DNA of 64,000 bases from NCBI GenBank assembly GCA_029565675.1, contig JAKQNP010000046.1, forward strand, positions 107,595 through 171,594. Reading direction: 5' to 3'. How positions within the stretch are numbered: the stretch's first letter is position 1; each line of letters starts with the position of its first letter. The notes under the pieces are model-generated. The model made no database searches and was not told the DNA's origin. It saw only the letters and a program-made list of their open reading frames with translations. The translations under genes were made by a program, and so were the position numbers. Below, one piece after another: positions 1-9,008 of the stretch. This DNA is from a bacterium. GTDB lineage: Bacteria; Zhuqueibacterota; Zhuqueibacteria; Residuimicrobiales; Oceaniaggregativiventaceae.

Positions 1-1083
1 GCGATTATCATCTTCCTGCCGGCCATTGCCCTTGCCGCGATGACCGGCATCCCGATAATCGGCTGCATCCTGATCATGGGGATTTTTTGCACGATCTATA
101 CCGTGCTGGGCGGGATCGAGGCGGTAATCTGGACAGATGTGCTGCAGGTCGTGGTGCTTACGGGTGGAGCTCTTCTCAGCTTGCTGCTCATCGTCCACAG
201 CATTCAGGGCGGCTGGAGTGAAATTTATCAAATCGCCCGCCAGGATCAGAAATTGCAGTTGTTCGATTGGCGTTGGGAATACACCGTCAGTTCTGTCTGG
301 GTGGTCTATCTCGGCGGTTTTTTCACCAATCTTATCCCCTATACTTCCGACCAGGTGGTTATTCAGCGCTACTTGACGACCGCGGATAGCAAACAGGCAG
401 CGCGATCCATTTGGACCAATGCCGGGCTGGCAATTCCCTCGGCTGTTCTGTTTTTCAGCCTTGGTACCGCTCTCTATGTCTTTTATAAACAAAATCCAGC
501 ATCGCTCAATCCAACCTTACAAACCGACGGCATTTTCCCCTGGTTTGTCACCAGCGAATTGCCGGCAGGAATCTCCGGCCTGATTGTCGCCGGCCTGTTC
601 GCCGCTGCGATGTCCAGCCTCGATAGCGGTATGAACAGTGTGGCAGCGGCAATCATAACCGATTGGCACCGTTTCAAGGCGGAAAAATCCTCAACTCATT
701 CTTTGCGCTCCGCTCGTTGGTTGACTCTGGTGATCGGAGCGGTTGCCACCAGCGCCGCGATCCTGCTGGCGTCGGCAAATATCCAATCGCTTTGGGATCT
801 TTTTATCAAACTGCTGGGGCTCCTGGGAGGCAGTTTGGCAGGCATGTTTGCTCTCGGCATCTTTACCCGCCGCTGCACCGGCAAAGGCGCCCTCACCGGT
901 GCAGCCGCCAGCGCTTTGCTGCTTTTTTGGGTGCAGTTCACCACATCCGTCCATTTGTTCTTGTACGGGGGAATTGGCTTGTTGAGCTGCATGGTGGTCG
1001 GATACCTGACCAGTCTTCTGGAATCACCGCCCTCTCTGGCACAACAGCGGTTGTCACTGCTGGGCAATAGGAGCCGGGAATAA
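1..1083 (+). CDS. Sodium:solute symporter (SSS family), 5'-truncated by the window edge; probably a sialic-acid transporter (SiaT-like)
   Basis: Frame open from base 1. SSS motifs YTVLGGIEAVIWTD, DQVVIQRYL and GLFAAAMSSLDS; many TM helices; directly upstream of nanA. Confidence 0.9.
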   Translation, partial: AIIIFLPAIALAAMTGIPIIGCILIMGIFCTIYTVLGGIEAVIWTDVLQVVVLTGGALLSLLLIVHSIQGGWSEIYQIARQDQKLQLFDWRWEYTVSSVWVVYLGGFFTNLIPYTSDQVVIQRYLTTADSKQAARSIWTNAGLAIPSAVLFFSLGTALYVFYKQNPASLNPTLQTDGIFPWFVTSELPAGISGLIVAGLFAAAMSSLDSGMNSVAAAIITDWHRFKAEKSSTHSLRSARWLTLVIGAVATSAAILLASANIQSLWDLFIKLLGLLGGSLAGMFALGIFTRRCTGKGALTGAAASALLLFWVQFTTSVHLFLYGGIGLLSCMVVGYLTSLLESPPSLAQQRLSLLGNRSRE

Positions 1084-1135
1084 ATCACAGGTTCTGCAAA
1101 CAACGCCAACATCATTCACAAACAAGGTAATCGAA

Positions 1136-2056
1136 ATGGAAAAACTGGTGGGTTTGGTGGTGCCGCCGTTCACGCCGATGCATGCCGACGGTAAAATCGA
1201 TCTTGACCGCATCGCGGATCTGGCGCGACTCTATGCCGGTTATGAAATCAGTGGTCTCTTTGTCTGCGGCTCGACCGGGGAGAGTTTTTCACTCACTGTT
1301 GCTGAACGGATTCAGATTGTTGAACGGTGGAGCGAGAAAATCGATCACCAGATGAAATTGATGGTTCATGTCGGCCACAATTGCCTCGAATCGGCGAAAA
1401 CCCTGGCCCAGCACGCCATGCAGATCGGTGCCGATTCGATAAGCGCGTGCTCGCCCAGTTTCTTCAAGCCCGCCACTCTCGATGAATTGATCGATTTTAT
1501 GGTCGAAGTGACGGGCGCTGCGCCCAATCTGCCCTTTTACTATTACCATATCCCCTCTGTAACCGGCGTCCATTTTCCCATGCGCCTTTTTCTCGAAAAG
1601 GCAGCTCCGCGCATTCCAAGTTTGTGCGGCATCAAATATACGTCGGAAAACCTATACGATTTGGGAGAATGTTTGACTTTTCAAAACGGCCGTTTTGATC
1701 TTTTATTCGGTTGCGATGAGATGCTGTTGGGAGGTCTGGCGATCGGTGTTAATGGGGCAATTGGCACCTTTTACAACTTTACTTCTCCGTTGTTCTCCGC
1801 CATGTTGCATGCCTTTGCCGGTGGGCAACTGGCAGAAGCGCAGCGATTGCAGGGAGTCGCGCGAAAAATCGTGGAACTCTATTTTCGCTATGGCGGCACG
1901 CTGGGAGTAGCCAAAGAAATGATGAAGCTGACCGGCATCGATTGCGGTCCCGTTCGGCTGCCTCTGCGGACTCTGGACAAGGAAAAAGCTGCTGCTCTGC
2001 AGCGCGAAATCGACCAGGCCGACTTGTTGCAATACTGGATGCGCTTCAAGTCCTGA
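1136..2056 (+). CDS. nanA: N-acetylneuraminate lyase (DHDPS/NanA family)
   Basis: GSTGE motif, YYYHIP (catalytic Tyr), GIKYT (Schiff-base Lys), GPVRLPL; adjacent SSS transporter. Confidence 0.85.
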   Translation: MEKLVGLVVPPFTPMHADGKIDLDRIADLARLYAGYEISGLFVCGSTGESFSLTVAERIQIVERWSEKIDHQMKLMVHVGHNCLESAKTLAQHAMQIGADSISACSPSFFKPATLDELIDFMVEVTGAAPNLPFYYYHIPSVTGVHFPMRLFLEKAAPRIPSLCGIKYTSENLYDLGECLTFQNGRFDLLFGCDEMLLGGLAIGVNGAIGTFYNFTSPLFSAMLHAFAGGQLAEAQRLQGVARKIVELYFRYGGTLGVAKEMMKLTGIDCGPVRLPLRTLDKEKAAALQREIDQADLLQYWMRFKS

Positions 2057-2072
2057 CCGGGAAAGCAACACC

Positions 2073-3320
2073 CTACAAGAACATGATCCGGCAGATAAAG
2101 ACTGCCGCCAAAATTCCAGCCAAATCAGCGATCAGACCTGCTGGAATGGCAAAGCGGGTTTTTTTCACCTGCACGGCGCCGAAATAGACTGCGATGACAT
2201 AAAAAGTCGTCTCTGTGCAGCCATAGAGAGTCGACGCCAAACGGCCGATAAACGAATCGGCACCGTGGGTGTGGATCAATTCGGTGATGATTCCCAGAGA
2301 ACCGCTCCCGGACAGCGGCCGCATCAGCGCGGCCGGCAAAAGTTCCGCCGGCATTCCGATCAGCGCAGTGACCGGTGACAACAGACGAACAAAGAAATCC
2401 ATGCCCCCGCTGGCGCGAAACATACCAACCGCAACCAAAATGGCCACCAGGTAAGGGATGATGCGCACTGCCACCTGAAAGCCGTCTTTGGCGCCATCGA
2501 CAAAAACTTCATATACTTTGACTTTGCGGGTGAAGCCGATTGCCGGTATCATCAGCAGCAAGGTGGGTATCGCCCAGCGCGATATAAAGCCCACGCTGCG
2601 GCGGAAAAAATCGGGCGGCAGCCAGCTTCCCATCGTCTGCAGCCAGCCGGTTTGCAGGAACAGCAGCACCGCACCGATGAACAGTGCAAAAACCGATACT
2701 CCCTTCCAGGCTCGCAATAAACCGCCAAGAGCGTGTCTCCATCCCTGTTCCAGCGCGATGAAAAATTTGACGGCCAATACCGCAGTCAGGCTGGCCGTCA
2801 GAGATGAAAATATGGTTGTGCCGATGATTTCTGCAGGATTCTGTGAGCCAACTCCTGCCCGAACGGCTATGATGGTCATGGGTATAAGGGTAATGCTGGC
2901 CGTGTTCAGTCCAAGGAACATGATCATGGCATCAGAAGCGGTCTCTTTGTCTTCGTTCAGGGTTTGCAGGCTTTCCATGGCCTTGATTCCGAGTGGGGTG
3001 GCGGCATTGCCCAGTCCAAGCCAATTGGCGGAAAGGTTGAGAATCATCGCCCCTATTGCCGGATGATCGGATGGTATGCTGGGAAAAAGAAAACGGCTGA
3101 AAGGCTGAATCCCCCTGGCCAACAGACGGACCAACCCAGCCTCCTCAGCAATCTTCATTATTCCAAGCCACAAGGTCATAATGCCGATCAGATTGATCGC
3201 AATCGTGACCGCAGCACCTGCGCTGTCAAGAGCGGCTTGGGTTACCGCTTCGACTGAGCCCGTAAACACAGCGGTGATCACCGCAACGGCGACCAGAAAA
3301 AACCAGACATAATTCATCAT
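2073..3320 (-). CDS. SpmA/SpmB fusion (nucleoside-recognition Gate-domain membrane protein)
   Basis: SpmA motifs LWLGIMKIAEEAGL and LGLGNAATPLGIKAM; SpmB motifs YEVFVDGAKDG, RPLSGSG and TETTFYVIAVYFG. Start moved to the ATG at 3320, which has a GGAGAG RBS upstream. Confidence 0.9.
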   Translation of the reverse strand: MMNYVWFFLVAVAVITAVFTGSVEAVTQAALDSAGAAVTIAINLIGIMTLWLGIMKIAEEAGLVRLLARGIQPFSRFLFPSIPSDHPAIGAMILNLSANWLGLGNAATPLGIKAMESLQTLNEDKETASDAMIMFLGLNTASITLIPMTIIAVRAGVGSQNPAEIIGTTIFSSLTASLTAVLAVKFFIALEQGWRHALGGLLRAWKGVSVFALFIGAVLLFLQTGWLQTMGSWLPPDFFRRSVGFISRWAIPTLLLMIPAIGFTRKVKVYEVFVDGAKDGFQVAVRIIPYLVAILVAVGMFRASGGMDFFVRLLSPVTALIGMPAELLPAALMRPLSGSGSLGIITELIHTHGADSFIGRLASTLYGCTETTFYVIAVYFGAVQVKKTRFAIPAGLIADLAGILAAVFICRIMFL

Positions 3321-3547
3321 CTTTGCCAAACTCTCCAAACCAAATGCTGTTCTTTTATCGACCGCAACAAATCGCGTGTTTCCAATGCGAAGCGAATCGC
3401 CGGTTTGCACATGCAACCTTTTGGATCGTGACACAACAACTGGGAAAATTCAGATTCCGCCAACCGTATGATGTCCAATGATTTCTCCATTCGCCTAGCG
3501 GCGAAACGGAATCCAGAACGCAATCATCGGCCAGGTCTGGTGTTTGC

Positions 3548-3575
3548 AAATTAAGAATTTTGTCACCAGAAGCAA
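3548..3575 (-). promoter_or_regulatory. Putative sigma70-type promoter for spmAB
   Basis: TTGCTT-N16-TAATTT on the minus strand. Confidence 0.45.
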
Positions 3576-3620
3576 GGTTTTTATGGCTGACGAGTTTTCT
3601 TGTGCAGCGCAACAAAATAC

Positions 3621-3651
3621 TTGAAAGATTCTTTTCTTATTTGTAAATTTG
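3621..3651 (+). promoter_or_regulatory. Putative sigma70-type promoter for ferredoxin
   Basis: TTGAAA-N17-TAAATT(TG). Confidence 0.55.
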
Positions 3652-3822
3652 CGCCGTAACTATCGATAGAGCTGCACCTTGCTCCAAAACGATCGCCTTG
3701 GCGGCAGCAGGAGAACGGTAATCCGCTTTCTCTTACCATCGAAGAAACAAAGGTTAGTCAAACAGTCTGAATTGAGGAAACTCTCTGGCTGTTAAGTGGG
3801 AATCCAATTATGGAGGTTAGAA

Positions 3823-4011
3823 ATGAAAGTTAAAGTTGATCCCGATCTCTGCACCGCATGTGAACTGTGTGTTGATTCTGTTCCTGATGTGTTCGAGATG
3901 GGTGACGATGTGGCACAGGTTAAGGTAAAAGTAGTGCCGAGTGATCTCGAAGACGATGTGCGCGATGCAGCGGATTCCTGTCCGGCCGAAGCGATCATTA
4001 TCGAGGAGTAA
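3823..4011 (+). CDS. Monocluster [4Fe-4S]/[3Fe-4S] ferredoxin
   Basis: CTACELC plus distal CPAEAI; 62 aa, acidic; GGAGG RBS before the ATG at 3823. Confidence 0.92.
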   Translation: MKVKVDPDLCTACELCVDSVPDVFEMGDDVAQVKVKVVPSDLEDDVRDAADSCPAEAIIIEE

Positions 4012-4042
4012 TTTTTTCTCTAGTTAATGCTTTTAGCCAGAT

Positions 4043-4085
4043 AAAAAAAACGAGGGCTGATCATTTGCATCAGCCCTTTTTTTTT
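4043..4085. terminator. Bidirectional rho-independent terminator
   Basis: A-tract, AGGGCTGAT/ATCAGCCCT stem, T-tract; lies between convergent genes. Confidence 0.85.
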
Positions 4086-4122
4086 GCATTCCCGCCGACC
4101 GTTCTCTTTGCCGATGCAGCCA

Positions 4123-6501
4123 TCATTTGCTGTAGACAATCTTGTGCATATAGCTCTGATTGGCGGCTGTGAGATGAATCAAATAGACCCCACTGGCAAC
4201 GGGTCGATTTTGCTCATCCAATCCATTCCAGCTCACTTCGTGCTGACCGGCTTCAAGCGTTCCGTCGAACAACAGCTTGACCGTTTCCCCGGCGAGGTTT
4301 AAAACCTTGAATGTCAGGTATTTCGCCTGCAAGAGGGTGAAAGCCAACCTCATTTCGCTGTTGAACGGATTGGGATAGGGCGTCGATATTTCGATGAATT
4401 CGGGGGTGGATTGGCTGATTTCGATGGTGCTGGAAAGCGTTTCATTTCCCTGTAAATCAACCTGGCGCAATCGATACCAACTTTTTCCTTCCAACGGCGT
4501 TGGGTCGATAAAATGATAGGTCATCCCATACTGGGAGAGGCCTTTTGCTGCGACAAAGGCCTGATCCTGCCAGCTTTCCGCATCCTGACTGCGCTGAACA
4601 TAGAAACCGAACAGGTTGTTTTCGAGTGCGGTTTGCCAGCCGAGTTTGACCTGGCCGTTCTCGCCGGCGGTGCCGTTGAAGTTGATCACCTCAACCGGCA
4701 TGATGAAAACCGCTGACAGGGCAGAAGTGTTGCCTTTGGGATCAGTTGCAGTTGCCTGCAAAAAAAATCTGTTGATCTTGAGAATGAGAGAAAACTGCCC
4801 GCTGCTGTCCGCCACCGTGTCGCCGATATAACTGGGGCACTCTTCATGATTGGCTCCATACAACTCGATCTTTGCGTCCGGTGTGGCGACACCATGGATA
4901 CCCTGTCGATCGATAAAAGTCAACACCGGCGGCTCGATGTTGCTGTTTGCTCCCTTTTCCAACAGAATCTGCGCTGTTTTGTTGTGGCGCAAGATGTTGC
5001 GCGTGATTCGATTTTGCCGGGTCGATTCACCTCGCATCCAGATGCCGGGTCGTTTGTTGTTTTGAATGCAATTGTTAGGTCCGATTGTGTTCGACATGGC
5101 ACCATTTTTCAGGAAAAGTCCACCGTTATAGCGGGTGGCCAGACGACTATCCGGTGTTGAACCCAACCAATTGCCCACTACCTCGATATCCCGGCAGCCG
5201 CTCAGACATAGCGCAGAGATGGGATTTGCTTCCTGGTCATCGACATCCGCGATGACCAGGTTGTCCGGACCGATTTTAACTCTGCTCGGGCCCTCCTCGG
5301 AAAGCCCCGGATGCAGGAAAATGGCGTGCAAACCGTTTGTCACAATGTTCTTTTGCTCGGCATCGACGCCGATCCAGTTGTTGAGGATGTTTGTCCCTGC
5401 ACATGGACCTTCGAGCAAAATGCCGTATTCGAGATTGCCGGATAGGCAGTTGCGGCTCGTTGCCGCCTCGCTGCCGATACAGGTGCCTTGGGGGCCGTCT
5501 TCGCCGCCGGGGTTGGCGGGTCGAACGGCGATGCCCGCCTGCCAATTTGCGGCTGCTTTCCGTCCACTGCAATCCAGGCCGATCCAGTTGCCCATAATGC
5601 GGTTGCTGTCCGTGTTGGTCGATTGCAGGCAAATGCCGTCGCCCATGTTTCCGGAAATGATGTTGCCTTGGCCGGTCAAAATGCCGCCGATTTCGTTATG
5701 TCGACTGCCGTTCAGCAAATAGACTGCCGGATGGTGCGGTCCAACATTCTGTTCACTGGATGCAGAATCCCAACCGTTGCATCGGTCGACCTGGTCATTG
5801 CTGAGTGAACCGATTCGATTCCCCTGAATCAAATTTCGGTGTGAGCCGTCAATCTTGATGGCGCTTTCAGCCAATGCTTGAAAGGTGTTGCCCTGTTGCG
5901 GTTCTGTGCCGCCGATCAGATTATCCGAAGCCCCCTCAGCAATGAGGATGCCCCCGGATTTTGCGGTTGGCTGGTCGGTTTTCCCGTCTTGCCCAACAAA
6001 CGCGCAACCAACCACCTGGTTAAAGCGCGCTTGTTCACCAGTGATCGTCAAAGCATACGCCTGACAACGAATCCATCCAATCGCAACGATGCGGTTATGG
6101 GACGATCGAATTTCCAAAAGAGGTTTCCCGGGCGGCAATCGGCTGCCATCGATTTGCACAGCGGTTCTGTTTTTGTCGGAGCCAACCCAATTCGCCTCGA
6201 TCACCGTACCGTCATCTGTTAATCGAGGTAAGGGAGTCTGGGGAAAAATCGTCCACGTTCCAGCAACACTGTCATGGTTTAAATCGTTTATGGGAAGATT
6301 AAAGCGGATGGTGTCCGGTCCAAAATACTCCTGGCTTTCGTGGAGAGCGCTTCTCAGACTGGCTGGTCCTTCGTCTGCGGTCGTGCCAACATGCAGAACC
6401 CGCGCATCAGATGTGGAAACAATAAAAAGATAGAAAAAGGCCGCAGCTAAATGAATCTGCAAAGATCCAGCGATTTGATTGCTGGTCGGTTTGATCAACA
6501 T
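4123..6501 (-). CDS. Secreted parallel beta-helix repeat protein with a T9SS-type/FlgD-Ig C-terminal domain
   Basis: Hydrophobic N-terminus; repeats such as NxIGG..GNxISGN and GNWIG; MPVE..F..W.TA.E Ig module; tail YPNPFNS...ASGVYLIHL...KIVYSK. Confidence 0.8.
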   Translation of the reverse strand: MLIKPTSNQIAGSLQIHLAAAFFYLFIVSTSDARVLHVGTTADEGPASLRSALHESQEYFGPDTIRFNLPINDLNHDSVAGTWTIFPQTPLPRLTDDGTVIEANWVGSDKNRTAVQIDGSRLPPGKPLLEIRSSHNRIVAIGWIRCQAYALTITGEQARFNQVVGCAFVGQDGKTDQPTAKSGGILIAEGASDNLIGGTEPQQGNTFQALAESAIKIDGSHRNLIQGNRIGSLSNDQVDRCNGWDSASSEQNVGPHHPAVYLLNGSRHNEIGGILTGQGNIISGNMGDGICLQSTNTDSNRIMGNWIGLDCSGRKAAANWQAGIAVRPANPGGEDGPQGTCIGSEAATSRNCLSGNLEYGILLEGPCAGTNILNNWIGVDAEQKNIVTNGLHAIFLHPGLSEEGPSRVKIGPDNLVIADVDDQEANPISALCLSGCRDIEVVGNWLGSTPDSRLATRYNGGLFLKNGAMSNTIGPNNCIQNNKRPGIWMRGESTRQNRITRNILRHNKTAQILLEKGANSNIEPPVLTFIDRQGIHGVATPDAKIELYGANHEECPSYIGDTVADSSGQFSLILKINRFFLQATATDPKGNTSALSAVFIMPVEVINFNGTAGENGQVKLGWQTALENNLFGFYVQRSQDAESWQDQAFVAAKGLSQYGMTYHFIDPTPLEGKSWYRLRQVDLQGNETLSSTIEISQSTPEFIEISTPYPNPFNSEMRLAFTLLQAKYLTFKVLNLAGETVKLLFDGTLEAGQHEVSWNGLDEQNRPVASGVYLIHLTAANQSYMHKIVYSK

Positions 6502-6570
6502 CTTTTGTATATACCTTTCGCTAACCGCAAGTGCTCCGGCAGAGACCCGTTTTCTGCTTTAATGAGCGTT

Positions 6571-6599
6571 ATTATAACTCTTTTATTGCTCAGATGCAA
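6571..6599 (-). promoter_or_regulatory. Putative sigma70 promoter for the beta-helix gene
   Basis: TTGCAT-N17-TATAAT on the minus strand. Confidence 0.65.
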
Positions 6600-6738
6600 A
6601 TCAAAACGCGAAAAATTCCTGTCGCTGCAAAGCCCATGCACCCAATGGATAGAGTGCTGCAATCGAGTCCTGCAGTCGCTCTCGCGACGGCGATCCAGAA
6701 CACGGCTGATCTTGGACCACAGAAGCGGTAAATTTGCA

Positions 6739-6767
6739 TTGCAAATTTGTCTGGTGTTGAGTATAAT
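6739..6767 (+). promoter_or_regulatory. Putative sigma70 promoter for the radical SAM gene
   Basis: TTGCAA-N17-TATAAT. Confidence 0.65.
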
Positions 6768-6793
6768 CTTTTTTATTCATTTGAGGTTCAAGC

Positions 6794-8089
6794 ATGGCAT
6801 TGAAATCGGCACCTCGCCCGGCTCTCTTGGTCAGCGACAGCGGTGGCAAAATTTTCGAAATTCCGCAACTGCAAATGATAGGCATGCGCATGTATCACCC
6901 GGTTCTGCCTGATGATACAGAATTGATTCCGCTGCCCAATGGCAGCAATCTGTTTCATCTGCCGGAACGCATTGCCCTTGCCTATGATCCACGCAAAGAT
7001 GAGATCGTGCAAATTGTGAATTACCGCGGCAATCGTGTCTATCCGGTCGCTGCCTTTCTTGCCCCGGCTTACACGCAGCTCTTTCGCGCTGCTTTTTTGC
7101 GTGAAAGCGAAACAACGGTGCGGCTGCCGCTCTATGCCTATGCCGCAGTCGGATGGCGACCACAAGGATTTTTTACGACTGCGATCCGTGTTGACGCCGA
7201 TGTCCGGCAAGATCTCGATCAGTTCGATGAACAGATGATTGAAAGAGGTGCAGAGGTCGCCTTGACCCGCTACCCAAACAATCGACTGGTCAGGCATTTG
7301 GTCGAGAATTGCGTCCGCCGCTATGGATGCCCGGCAGCGCGCAATTTTGTCCTCGGCCGTTGGGAATGTCCGGCGCCGGTCAGTCCAAGCTGCAACGCCC
7401 GTTGTGTTGGTTGTATTTCTCACCAACAGACCGAAACCGGCGTTACCGCCAGCCAGGAGCGCATCGCTTTTATTCCTTCAGTCGAAGAGATCGCTGAATT
7501 CACTGTCGATCATCTGCGCAATGCACCTCAGGCAGTTGTCAGCTTTGGTCAGGGGTGCGAAGGAGAACCATTGACGCAGGGACTTTTGCTCGAAGAGAGT
7601 ATCACTGCCATCCGCAAGCAGACAGATCGCGGAACGATCAACTTGAACAGCAACGCTTCAAAACCTCTGGTGATCGAAAGATTGTGCCGAGCGGGCCTGG
7701 ACAGTCTGCGCGTAAGTGTCAACAGCGTGCAGCCTGAATACTATGAACGCTATTATCGTCCGCGCGACTATTCATTTGCTGATGTGATCGAGTCGATCAG
7801 AGTGGCGAGAAAACAGCGCATCTGGATTTCACTGAACTATTTCATTTTTCCGGGTTTTACCGACCGGGAAGAAGAGATCGACGCGCTCTTGCCGTTGTTG
7901 CAGAGTTTCCGCATCGATATGATTCAGATGCGCAATCTGAATATGGATCCAGACTGGATGATCGAAGCCCTGTCACTGGATAAAGATGAGTCGTCGAGTT
8001 GCGGCATTCGCAAATGGATGGAAAGAGTGCGACAGGCTGCCCCATGGATTCGATTCGGCTATTTCAACCCGGCATTACAAGCCAAATAA
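6794..8089 (+). CDS. Radical SAM protein of unknown function
   Basis: CNARCVGC (CxxxCxxC), FGQGCEGEP, GTINLNSN, GLDSLRVS. Confidence 0.9.
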   Translation: MALKSAPRPALLVSDSGGKIFEIPQLQMIGMRMYHPVLPDDTELIPLPNGSNLFHLPERIALAYDPRKDEIVQIVNYRGNRVYPVAAFLAPAYTQLFRAAFLRESETTVRLPLYAYAAVGWRPQGFFTTAIRVDADVRQDLDQFDEQMIERGAEVALTRYPNNRLVRHLVENCVRRYGCPAARNFVLGRWECPAPVSPSCNARCVGCISHQQTETGVTASQERIAFIPSVEEIAEFTVDHLRNAPQAVVSFGQGCEGEPLTQGLLLEESITAIRKQTDRGTINLNSNASKPLVIERLCRAGLDSLRVSVNSVQPEYYERYYRPRDYSFADVIESIRVARKQRIWISLNYFIFPGFTDREEEIDALLPLLQSFRIDMIQMRNLNMDPDWMIEALSLDKDESSSCGIRKWMERVRQAAPWIRFGYFNPALQAK

Positions 8090-8135
8090 TTCTATCGGCG
8101 AACCATAAAAAAATAAAAAAAAGGCAAAAAAACCT

Positions 8136-8163
8136 TTGCAGCTTTGCGCGAATTCTTTAGATT
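8136..8163 (+). promoter_or_regulatory. Putative promoter for spoVG, preceded by an A-rich UP-like tract
   Basis: TTGCAG-N16-TAGATT, with poly-A tracts at about 8107-8132. Confidence 0.45.
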
Positions 8164-8390
8164 GCCTGTAATATAAAAATGCAACGCCTCAGACATGCTG
8201 CCGAAACTACTTTCCCTCGCGGGTCGTCCATTTGCCTTTAGCGAACGAAGGGGCGTTTAATCACGGCGAAAGTGTTTCACGCTTACAGATCGCGATCATT
8301 GAGGCATATAGTTCATTGGATCTGCAATAGAATTGCTGCAGGACTTCTATTGCTTGAGGGGTGCAACTCATTTAGGGTAAGGGGTTTAGC

Positions 8391-8720
8391 ATGGAAATCA
8401 CAGAGATCAGCATCAAACTGAGGAATGAAAAAAAATTAAAGGCATTTGTCAATGTGACTTTTGACAATATGTTTGCCGTTAAAGGGCTCAAAATTATCCA
8501 GAGCAAAACCGGATTGATTCTATGCATGCCATCGCGCCGTGCCGAAGATGGCAGCCAACGCGATGTTGCACATCCGATCAGCAAGGATTTTCGTTCCCGC
8601 CTTGAAAAAGAAGTCTTTTCTGAATATGAACATGTGTTGACGCGGGCCGAACGCGGTGATCACAGCGTCTATGCCGACATCGATGACGATAATTATGTGA
8701 TGGAAGAGGAGAAAGATTAG
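8391..8720 (+). CDS. spoVG: SpoVG family nucleic-acid-binding regulator
   Basis: MEITEISIK..KLKAFVNVTFDNMFAVKGLKII..LILCMPSRR..RDVAHPI; acidic tail. Confidence 0.93.
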   Translation: MEITEISIKLRNEKKLKAFVNVTFDNMFAVKGLKIIQSKTGLILCMPSRRAEDGSQRDVAHPISKDFRSRLEKEVFSEYEHVLTRAERGDHSVYADIDDDNYVMEEEKD

Positions 8721-8862
8721 AGCGCATCTTTTTTCGCATCCGATGGGAGTGCACGATGAAAGGAAATGCATCTCCATGCATCGATGACAAAATGCTGCAA
8801 ACTCTCACCTTAGGTTGCAAACCTGCTGACCCCACCAATCGATACACGGACGAATTCAATGC

Positions 8863-8901
8863 CGAGTCGGAATCCCAAGGATTCCGACTCGATCCCTTTT
8901 T
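8863..8901 (+). terminator. Strong hairpin, probable terminator or processing site downstream of spoVG
   Basis: Perfect 13-bp stem CGAGTCGGAATCC/GGATTCCGACTCG with a 3-nt loop; T-run 5 nt downstream. Confidence 0.5.
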
Positions 8902-9008
8902 CCCCGATTCCCCACATTTTTCAAATTGTCTCCATCCGCAGATTTTTGATTCAGCGACTGTGGCCGCTGATTGTGATGCAACAATGAGTAAAAAAATGTG
9001 ATGCAACT

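Noticed and set aside
2073..8720. spmAB and spoVG as evidence of sporulation
   Set aside because: Both families are widespread in non-sporulating bacteria, and no core sporulation genes are present in the window.
8756..9001. 81-aa ORF between spoVG and the SpeE-like gene, considered as a radical SAM precursor peptide
   Set aside because: No recognisable motif; it spans a strong 13-bp hairpin; the radical SAM lacks SPASM/RRE features. Probably non-coding, though not excluded.
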